Assembly: GCF_031769215.1 (NCBI RefSeq)
Contig: NW_026781979.1
Coordinates: 682,001 to 746,000 of the forward strand
Reading direction: 5' to 3'
Source of the DNA: Ylistrum balloti
Taxonomy: Eukaryota
Length of the DNA stretch: 64,000 nucleotides
This document shows, piece by piece, positions 1 to 11,200 of this stretch. Position 1 is the first letter of the stretch. Each line of letters begins with the position of its first letter. The notes beneath the pieces were generated by a model, which was given only the letters and a program-made list of their open reading frames with translations, searched no databases and was not told the origin of the DNA. A program made the translations under genes and the position numbers.

Positions 1-814
1 ATATCAAGCATTGAAGTATAGCTGATTTGAATACAGGAAAACATGGTAAAAATGTATTTTCATGTATGAAACAAGGTTTTCAGTAGTAACATAACAGTTT
101 CTTATAAAGTAAATGCCATCCACTACCAAAGACATTTTACCAGTTACAGTTCATGGAACAGTACAATCATTTTGAAGAGCTGGTTATGTTGTATGACGAA
201 AAAAGTTGGTACTTTGTTTTACTGTTTATGCTGGCTTTCCTCATCTTCAAATTTTATTAAAGCCAAATTGAATGCTGGAAATATCTACATTACCATATAC
301 GACTTTAGTATTAAATGGTATTTTTAGCAGCTGTACAATAGTGCTAGCTCAAAATATTACACAGATTTACACCTATTGAACATGAAATTTGTTGACAGGT
401 TGTGGAAATGGTAATGGTCTACATGTTACTTGTATATTTAATTTACCAACTTGGATATTGATGTATACTTCACACTTGATAGTAGAAGTTGAGACTGCAA
501 TAATTATTGTATTCGTTTCCATAAGTCTTTCAATTTATGTTTCTCAGTGTGTGAGACATATGTGATGTACTTTTCTTCTAAAAAAACTGATAGTCAAATC
601 ATTTTGCATGTGATTATGTTTTGGGGTTGCCTAGTGTCAATTTTTTTTTTACATATAATGAAAAAAAAAAAAAAATCATGTCCAACAATGTGAGGAGTTA
701 TGACCTTTTGTTTCCTTCTATAAAATCCACACCAAAATTGACTTTTATTTTTAATGTTAGTTTTTGGTGTTGTCACTTATGGAATACTGAATTGGAATTA
801 CAGGTTCATTATAA

Positions 815-870
815 AATGTTAAGGTCCTGATGAAGCCCACATAAGTTTGGGCGAAACCAGTCGACACATT
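815..870 (+). ncRNA. Minimal type I hammerhead ribozyme motif (Penelope/retrozyme-type)
   Basis: Core CTGATGA (827-833) + extra A, stem II GCCCA/TGGGC (835-839/848-852), GAAAC (853-857), GTC cleavage triplet (860-862), stem I GTC/GAC (824-826/863-865) extended by AATGT/ACATT (815-819/866-870). Confidence 0.7.
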
Positions 871-1229
871 AATAAACATTATTAAACTTACCTGGAATTT
901 GTTGCAATTGATAACTGTCTTTGATTGCCCCTATTCCTCAATCGCCCTGCATAGCGGGCCAGGTATCCAAAGGACGGATATCAGGAACATTGTATATCTA
1001 CACTAGAAATCATGGCATTGGCTCTACCCCTTGAGAGATTGATAAGCTGCCATTTTCAAAGTGAGGGGTGTTAGGACTTACTAGTCAAGAGTTAGCCTGT
1101 TTCTCTCATCCTGTTCTGCATTGATGTCATCACTGTGCCAACTTTACTTCTTAATTTTACAATTACAACTAGACAGTGATCAAGTGTGAGAATACCCTTG
1201 ATATGTAGATTTCAAGATTTAAAGGCTTT

Positions 1230-1400
1230 GTTATCATTAGATTTAACCGATGAATGGGGGTGACTCTATTTTTGTGTCTGTCCCTTCGTCCTTCTGCACC
1301 TTTGTCCAGGCTCTATGTCCTACACTACTTACCACTGGAACTTCACATTTAATTAGGGTATGGTGTCATACTGACCTATATTTTGACCTTTGAGCTATAT
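1230..1400. repeat. Probable interspersed non-autonomous repeat remnant
   Basis: ctgtccc/cgtcc-type short repeats followed by tgacctatattttgacctttga; resembles mollusc interspersed elements by pattern recognition only. Confidence 0.3.
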
Positions 1401-2215
1401 GAAAAAGTTTGATATGATTTCACATTCAGTGGGGTACTGTAATTTTACTGAATTGACTTGTTAGTTTAGAGATGACTTGTACACTTTTGATTTTACTTCC
1501 ATATAAACAAACAACATTTAATATCATCATCTGCAAGTAAGATTGACAACATGAACATAGATAGGGAGAGAACATGGTGTATGAGGGCCGGGAACAAGAT
1601 ACATAGTTTGAAACTGGTAGTAGTTGTTATTTCAGTTACAACAAAGAACACATTGAATGATTCATAACATCTAATACTCAGTGAATTAACATGGAAAGTG
1701 TGGTGATGTGGCTGTGTTTGTAAAATGTATCCAGCAAATTCAACAATGTACACAATTATTTGTTTATATTCAGTCAAGTGTGATGTAATCAAATGTAAGT
1801 CATGTCCACTTTTGAAAAGAAAGTGACATACAAATAGTTTAAAATTTTGTTACAAACTTTCAGTCTATTGACAGTTAATCAGTACTGTTTTATTTTTATT
1901 TTTAGAATTTGATTGACACTTTTAAAGTGTAAAAAGTAAAAAATATCCCCTAAATATAAAAGGAATATATATGCAATATTTGTTCTGTTTAATTTAACAT
2001 TGAAACATTAAACTGTTATAACCAGTGGTGTTTCCATATCATTTAAGTATAGAAAAAAGTAGATACAAGTTTTATGTGCAAATTATCAATAGATTAAAAC
2101 TTCTGTCAAAAAAAAAGGATGAAACTCTCTGTAAGACATATATATTTTCCATTACAAGTCGAGTGTATTTATCAATTCAACAAAAATGTATTATAAATTT
2201 TTACATCTGTTACAG

Positions 2216-5200
2216 CCCCCGGAGGAGGTAGCATGTGTAGCATGGAATCAGCAAGTCCAGCACATCTTGGCCTCCACCTTCACTGCCCGCTGTGTTGTCT
2301 GGGATCTCCGTAAAAATGAGCCCATCATAAAGATCAGTGAAAGCATGTCACGGGTAAGATGGTGTATCACTTCGGAAATTTTCGTAATGTTTAGCCATTT
2401 TCATGTTCTAGATCCCTAAAAGCAAAGGAAATATTTTAAGATGACTTGGAAAGATGTACATGTAATGTAACTTTTTAGATGTGAGTTTAAGATGCTAATT
2501 ATTTTAATGTGTTATAGATCAGTGTAACTTTCTATTTGGGGGATAAACTGACTTCTGATAGCTATTGTGTTTTGCATGTATTCCTGAAACTCTCAATTTT
2601 CTTTTCTGTTTCATAGATGAAGAGTAAGTCTGTAGCTTGGCATCCGGAGGTTGCAACTCAATTGTGTCTGGCTTCTGAAGATGATCATACACCAGTTATA
2701 CAGCTCTGGGACCTCCGCTATGCTACATCTCCAGTGAAAGTCTTGGAGAACCACAAACGGTTGGTATCTGACAGGGTGTTATCTTTTAGGCAAACAATGG
2801 TATGTATACAGTCAGATTTATGCATTGAGGACAAGTATCTCAAATTATAAAATGGTCTGATTGTAACTTTTATATTGACACAACTGTGATATCATTTAAA
2901 TGTTTGATTCCATAAATCTCAAAATAGGCCTCATAACTGGGGACAAAAATAATGTATTTCTTATGTAGCTCTAGAGATTAATGTTACTATGTGTTACTAT
3001 CAGAAACAACCACCCTGGTCAGAAAATGAACTTGTCAGAAATGTGCGATGATTAAGTAGATGTATTATTTATTGTGTGAAGTTGTGCCTCATCCTCAGAA
3101 GAGAAGTGTCAGGTTTTTGTTGTTAGATGTGTTGGGACTACAATTAGATTTAATACATCCTTTACAACCTCACAACATAATCAAAGAGAAATGATAGATT
3201 TGAAGTGGACCTATTTTTACATTATATGGTTTTGAATATTTCAGGGGTGTGTTAGATATTGCATGGTGTGCCCAGGACTCTGACTTACTACTCAGCTGTG
3301 GAAAGGACAATAGAATTCTATGTTGGAACCCTAATAGCAGCAAACAAGATGGAGAGGTTTGTGTGATTGTATATGTCTTGTTTTGTTTATAATATCCTGA
3401 ATGAACAAATTAGTTTTTGATATATGGTAATGCATATTTATTTCAATACTGAAAAGAATATGTCTTTGTTTTCAATTAATGCAGGTGAAGAAAACACATG
3501 TTAAAAAGCTAACAATTTCATCATACATTAAGAATTATTGAATTATTGATTCCAGATATTTATACCTCTCACTGTCTTCTCCATGTAGTAAAGATTTACT
3601 CAGTGTTTTTTGAGGTTTTATTTTTTATTATTTTAGGTTGTATATGAGGTACCAACAAGTACTCAGTGGAGTTTTGACGTCCAGTGGTGTCCTAGAAATC
3701 CTGGCATTATCTCCAGTTCATCATTTGATGGTCATGTAACAATGTACTCCTTAATGGGTGGAGGTCATCCAGTACATCAATGTAACAAGGTCAGTAGTAT
3801 TTACCCTCAAATCAAATTATGTTTCCTTCAGTTGCAATGCAAGAACAACGATAAAGTTCTAATGGTATTGTATAGCATCTGTTTTGAAAACAGCTTAATC
3901 CTCTCCTCTGATCTATAGGTTGCAGATTCTTTCAATACCAATGACCCATTTGCACAAGGGGCTGCCAGTCAAGCCTCTCAACAAGGCGATGTGATGCCAT
4001 TGCAAAAACCACCAAAGTGGCTACGGAGACCTTGTGGGGCATCCTTTGCTGTAAGTATCTGTGGAATAATATTGCTGAAATGACAAATCAGAACAAACTT
4101 TTCTGGTCAAAAAAATCTTGTGACAAGTAATACCAGACCTTTTTTGGTCTTATTTAAAACGTTTGACAAGTTACTCTGGCTCGTTTTTTGTTTCAATCAC
4201 AGAAGCCTAACGAATTAAGAGTAAATTTAAACAGAAATGAAAATATATATTTATATCAGAAACTCTTGCTTGGCTTATCAGAAGAAACATTTTTTACCCA
4301 TTTATATTCCCTGAGGTAAATTGCATTCCAGAATCAAATGTCAAAACATTTATTTAATGTATTGATAACTTTTAATTATGAAACCTTATAGAATATATCA
4401 CTTATTTCTTGGAGATTTTATTGATGACAGTTTGGAGGCAAATTGGTATCATTTGAGGGAGGTAAATCCCTGCCATCATCACAACAGCCATCGCCACCAA
4501 GAGAAGTATTCATTAGTCAGGTTGTCACAGAAACTGACCTGATAACATCCTCATCTCAGCTAGAGCAGGCACTGATGAATGGCCAGTATGTTGAGTTTTG
4601 TGCCATGAAAGCAGCCAACTGTCAAGATGCAATGCAAGAGAGTATTTGGAACTTTTTAAGGGTTGGTATTAAATTTCTTATTTCTATCAATGTACAGGAT
4701 GTATATTTTTAAAACAAAACAAAAACAAACAAAAAAGAATCTTAAAATAACTTGATATTTGATATTGAACAACTCTAGCTTATTTAACAGTAGTTTTGCA
4801 AAGTCTTTGTTTCCTCCCAAGATCATGTATTAGACACATTTTTTTTTTCAAATTTCAGGTGAACTTTGAAAAGGAACCACGAGAACACTATATACAGTTG
4901 CTGGGATATGACAAAACAGATCTGGCCAAAAAGGTACAGGTATTCATTATAAGTCTGGCACAGATGCATAGTTTTTACAAGTCTTTTTTCTTCCAGTTTT
5001 GACATTTTGAACCTCATGTTTACAATACCTTTGAAAATTGTCATTTCATATTTTTGTGCAGGTTGCAAAACACGCATCAGGAGATGATTCAGTCGTTGGT
5101 CAAGGCGTTGATGCCACAGAGTTGGCACAGAAAATGTCTCTACTGGACACATCTGTAAGTAACTTTTGATGATCATATCGCCTTAGATCTTGTCTAGCTA

Positions 5201-8200
5201 AAAGATACTTACATAACTGTATTCTGTATTTACTGTGACAAAAAAATAGATTCTTAAATCTCTTAACTAAGTGATAGCTGAACATAAAGTGTATCAGTCT
5301 ATACGTTCAGCAGTTTTATCTTAATACAAACTTACATGGTATTCAAATTCCCATGATGGCTCAGTCAGTTAGAGCGTTGGCCTATGTAGCTTCAAGTGAA
5401 GATTTGAGGTGTGAGTTGTAACATTCCATACCCATGATAGTTTGTGTTAATAGGAAAGCTGAGAAATTGACCAGTCTGTGCAGATCTGGTTGAGTCCTTG
5501 TGCTAAAAACTTTATTCTAATTACTTTGGATGGCATGTGGCAGGCCTCCTGTATGTTGTTCAGTGAGGTAGCAAACAGGTACTACACGGAGACCCTGTCT
5601 ATAATGATCCTAGCTGTTCATGGAGTGATAAAACCCAACAAACATACAAATGAAATTTCCATTGAATTGTATTCAAGAGTATCATCACCTGATAAATGTG
5701 AAATGATTTGGTTGTGGAGGTGTAACCTATCATGTTTATGTATAACATTAGAAATGCTTCCATGTTATTGGTTAATGTTTCAGGACCTACAAAGAGGCAT
5801 GTCAGGTTCTGGACAGGCTTCACCTAGTGTTGGTTCTAAGGTAAGGTCACTCTAAAATGACTGTTATTATATAACCTATGTATGGTTTTTGTGTATTAAC
5901 TTTTGCATTGATGACGAGGATACTACAAAATGTGGACATTTTTGAAGGTGATGCTTTGTGATTCTCCTTAAAGTATTTTGAAGTAATATCAATGTTCGGT
6001 TTTATTTTAATTGCCTTTACTTTGTTAATGAGTTCATACTTGCTTTCTGTACTGTAGACAGTTTGATTTCAAATTAATTCAATCCTTAGTGTCTTAAAAC
6101 AACCTAGCATTCTAAGAGCCAGAGGGTGATTTTGTTGACTTTCCATTTCTCATCTAACATTAGATGAAAATTTCAAAAACATTAAAAATCTTGTAATGTA
6201 GTAGCCACATTTGCAGTATCTTTGTGTATAAGATTGATATGATTGCTAGCCAACTATGAATACTGGTTTTGTTAACAAGTAGTGGGATGTACAATTTCTT
6301 AATCCGACTACTCACAGTACATATATATATATATTTTGGTAATTTATCAAGAATTTTAAAACAATTTTTATGCTGATTATCATATTGATAGTTGGTCACA
6401 TTCACTTTCTACTCATTTGAAAAATACAATACTGAACTGAAATACAGGCAGTTACGGAAAAGTAGAAATGAAAAATTTGTTGATGTAATATTGAAAATTA
6501 ATGATAAATGCATTTCGTGTATTTGAAATTTGAAATTGTACAATCATGCAGTGTATTTATTTCTTGATTGACGTGATTTGTTTATTGATACACAGCACAA
6601 CAACATTGAACAGCATGTATCATACGTTAGCTGTAGTGGAACTTACATATAGATAAATTTGGCAGCTCAGATTTGTGTTGAAATAAGATTTAAGATTTTA
6701 TGAGAAATTTTATGAATTGTTCATTTTTAAAAACTGTTCATGGAAAAAAAAAATTATATGTATGTTCCAAGGTTGAGGTAGACCTAATTTGAATACTTTA
6801 CACAAGTATGTAAAACCCATTTATGTTTGCCTTTGGTGAAGTGTTTAACAACTGTATGCTTTGCACTGATAGCCATACTGGACAACATGAAATGTTCCTT
6901 AATTATAACAGTTCTCTTTGTGATGATGATGGAGGTAAATCATTTGATAACAAAATCATTCACATATCACCCATATTGAACATTTGTTTTATCTTTATTG
7001 TTCCATAAGCAATCACTAAAGCAATTGTTTAAATATAAGGAACATTTCTTATTGATACAGTATCTTAATATGAACAATTAGTATATACCTTTATATATTG
7101 CATGATTGGTACTGCAAACATAACACACAATTCAAGCGAAAAACCAAGGTTTAGTTTTGCTGAAAATGATTGCTTACATTTGGCTTTTGTTAGAACTAGT
7201 TAAATTTTTAACCTGTTTCTGTGATCTAGACACCAATTAGTCGAGATGAGTTCAACTCGTCAGCCTCATCAGCATTTGATGACATAGCTGCACAGAATAA
7301 GAAGGTGGGTCAGAACACGTTCAATTTCTGGTAGTAATTCGTTGGAGCTCCTTAATTGAGCATTAAGTCTAGCAATGTAGTTACATACCGTGGTATGTAT
7401 TGACATTGTCCCCATATGATATTTTATGGTTTGTTTTGTTGTCACAGAAAATTTACTCCAGCCTACACAATCCATCTTCTATCTTATCTGTCGATACTTA
7501 AAAATTAAATCTGAAATCATAATAGAAATGCTTGGTGTAATGTGACATGTAAAAATAGAAAAGAAAAAGACATTGTTGATTCTTTCAGTAATTGTATTTG
7601 AAATAGTAGTCACTTCTAAATGCATGACTAAGAAATACTTTGTATTAGGTGAAAGTTTATCAATTAAACTGCATGAAGCCATTATATGAACACATATTTT
7701 AATCCTGCATATTGCATGTATGAACTGTACATGCATAAGAGCACAAACAATAGTTAGATTGCTTTTAGATAATGCTTAGGGAAATATTGTCATGCATTGA
7801 CAGAAGATTAGAATTCACTGTTAAATAGCTTTGGAGTTGTGATGTGATCTTATCTAGGATCAAAAGACAAAAAAAGCTATTTTATTGATTGGATACATCT
7901 TCAGCTTTTGAAATGATTGAATATTTGATTTCCATCCATTTTCAACTTGACATTAGATAATACTTCCGATATCATTCATTTGAAGTAAATATACATAAAC
8001 AGGAAACTTGTATGCAAATAGAAACAAGGCATTTGATCTGTTGTTTCTTTGTACTGGTCTATAGAGCTGTTTTGTCGTTTAGACTAAGACTTTTAAATTG
8101 ACTTTCACACTGTTAACATTGTTGAACAACTTTTGGCTTTTTCACAATATCATTAGACACCTGGCAGTGTGGATGAGTTATCTGCCTTTGATGACATAGC

Positions 8201-11200
8201 AGCACAGCAGAAAGCAAAGGACCGACCGCAGTCACCTCTTAATATACCTACAGATGCAGGTAAATTTAAGTGTGATTATAATATACCTACAGATGCAGGT
8301 AAATTTAAGTGTGATTATAATATACCTACAGATGCAGGTAAATTTAAGTGTGATTACAATATACCTACAGATGCAGGTAAATTTAAGTGTGATTATAATA
8401 TACCTACAGATGCAGGTAAATTTAAGTGTGATTATAATATACCTACAGATGCAGGTAAATTTAAGTGTGATTATAATATACCTACAAATGCAGGTAAATT
8501 TAAGTGTGATTATAATATACCTACAGATGCAGGTAAATTTAAGTGTGATTATAATATACCTACAGATGCAGGTAAATTTAAGTGTGATTATAATATACCT
8601 ACAGATGCAGGTAAATTTAAGTGTGATTATAATATACCTACAGATGCAGGTAAATTTAAGTGTGATTATAATATACCTACAGATGCAGGTAAATTTAAGT
8701 GTGATTATAATATACCTACAGATGCAGGTAAATTTAAGTGTGATTATAATATACCTACAGATGCAGGTAAATTTAAGTGTGATTACAATATACCTACAGA
8801 TGCAGGTAAATTTAAGTGTGATTACAATATACCTACAGATGCAGGTAAATTTAAGTGTGATTACAATATACCTACAGATGCAGGTAAATTTAAGTGTGAT
8901 TATAATATACCTACAGATGCAGGTAAATTTAAGTGTGATTATAATATACCTACAGATGCAGGTAAATTTAAGTGTGATTATAATATACCTACAGATGCAG
9001 GTAAATTTAAGTGTGATTATAATATACCTACAGATGCAGGTAAATTTAAGTGTGATTATAACAAACCTACAGATGCAGGTAAGTTTAAGTGTGATTAAGG
9101 ATATTTATAGTATTTCACAAATAAAATTTTTTGGTCCACAATTATTTGATTTGGTCTTTCAAATGGTCTTTTGTCCATGGTCCAATCCATTCGCAATGTA
9201 TCGTTCTTATCTGTTTTCAGTTCTTGTTATTACTATTTTTTCCTGGATTCTTCTTAAAGCATTACAGACATGTTTAATTTGCATTTGAACATCTGTCACC
9301 ACTTTTCTTAAGAAATACAATGTGTACTAGAGGAACACATAATAAATATGAAACACTTTTAATTAACAGGAAATTCATACAACCTGCAGGTCTTTCCTCA
9401 GTGATAACTTCATCATATGAATTGTCGGGAAGATTTCTTTTACAGTTTGAATTTTTATATGCAGTCAAACTTCATTGTTTTGAAAATTAAGGGACTAGCA
9501 AAAAAACTTTGATACATCGAGACTTGTTTCATTTCTGGTGGGTTATAACAATGTTTTCATGTTCAATGTTATAGTTGATGACAAAACATTTTTACCTGAA
9601 CAAAGACAATAAATACCAAAACACAAAATTAAATGAAAGTAGACATTATTTTCTTCTAATCAAACATCTTCATTCATGAAAAAAAAACTTTAAATAGACA
9701 TCAACAAGAAATCAACATTATGTGATTACATTAAGATTCATGCCATCATGTTACACAGTATACTGGTTATGTATTTTATGGATTGATTTTAAATAAAATG
9801 ACACACAGCATTATAGTGGTCTTCACGTGCTACAGTAATTGTTTTAAGACTGATACATAAACAAAGAAAGAAACTTAATATTATAATGTATTCTGTCCAG
9901 AAATGACAGGACCAGACTCGCACATCTTAGCTCATAAAAATTACAAAGGTGTTTGCCGATGTTCTGACTACAATTTGTCTGAATCAGCATGAGAACACAT
10001 GATTGACAGATAAATAACAGTGTTTCTCATTCTTTCTTGCTTAAAACTGAAAAGTGACACTTTGGGAATAAGTGAAATCATCATACAAGTGTTCAGGATT
10101 TCTCCTGATTTTTTCATAATTCCGTAAATTAGACCTTACTCTACGCTAACGCTGCAACGGCAGTGGTGAAAATCACACAACATCCCATTATCTTTGATTA
10201 AACATCATGACTTGTAAGTAAGCAATTAAACTTTAGTCTGTGTCCAGTCATTAATAAACTTTGTAACACAGGACCAATGACTGCATGCTGTTGTTATCCC
10301 ATTGTCAGTTAGCACTCTTTGTTGAAAGGTGTGAAATTATGTTGTGGGACAAAATACTTGTACAGAGTACAGGTAAAAATGATCTGTCCAAATCATGAGG
10401 TGTCAATGACTGTGTTATATCATAGCTAAAGTTCTGTGAAAAACATTGATACATTGGAAAGTTTGATTTATAAAACTTTTGATTCCTAAAGGGGTTAGTC
10501 AGTAGTAATATATAGGAATGAATGTGTGACCAGACAAAAAAATTGATACCTTGTGAAATTCAAATCATTAATGTTCAGTTTATAGAAGTTTGACTGTATA
10601 TATGCCGTGCTGAGATGTTGGAAAGTTGTCATTAATACTGAAATAATTTGAAGGCATATCCTGCCTTTTTCTACCATATAGATACATTCAATTGTTTGTG
10701 AAAATGTTCACATGTGTACAAAATTGATCCTACTGCTATGAATTAATTGGTTTTTTTGTTTTTGTTTGTTTTGCAATCAATTTATTTGTCAACAATTTTG
10801 GTTCCAGATGCTGATGGTTTGCTGAGTCAAGCATTACTTATGGGGAACTTTGAGGCAGCCGTGGATATTTGTCTGAGTGAGGACAAGATGGCTGAAGCAA
10901 TCCTCCTAGCTATTGCAGGTGGTCCAGACCTTCTCAGTCGTACACAGAAAACATACTTCACAAAAAACAAAAGCAGTTTAGGCCGGGTATGTTTTATTTA
11001 CGAACAGTTTAGCTTGTCAGTAAGTGGAAAATCTTGTTATATTTTCTGATGTAGTTCAGTGTCAGGGAAAATAAGAATATGTAAAGCATTCTTCACTTTC
11101 ATTCTATGAATTATAATACAATTTACAGCATTTATGATTTTATGTTTACAGTTGATATCCACAGTGGTTACACACAACTGGTCACATATTGTGCAGACTT

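Noticed and set aside
880-900. ACTTACCTGG resembling the U1 snRNA 5' end
   Set aside because: Only 10 nt match with no U1 body; equally an antisense splice donor.
6912-6934. Possible SEC31 micro-exon (ag...GAG|gtaaat)
   Set aside because: 23 nt with an in-frame TGA; it breaks the phase.
8241-9098. CRISPR-like array
   Set aside because: Head-to-tail identical units with no unique spacers, eukaryotic context, no cas genes.
8254-9288. 344-aa ORF of [13 protein letters not shown] repeats
   Set aside because: Alternative frame of the 39-bp minisatellite; not in frame with SEC31 and has no independent support.
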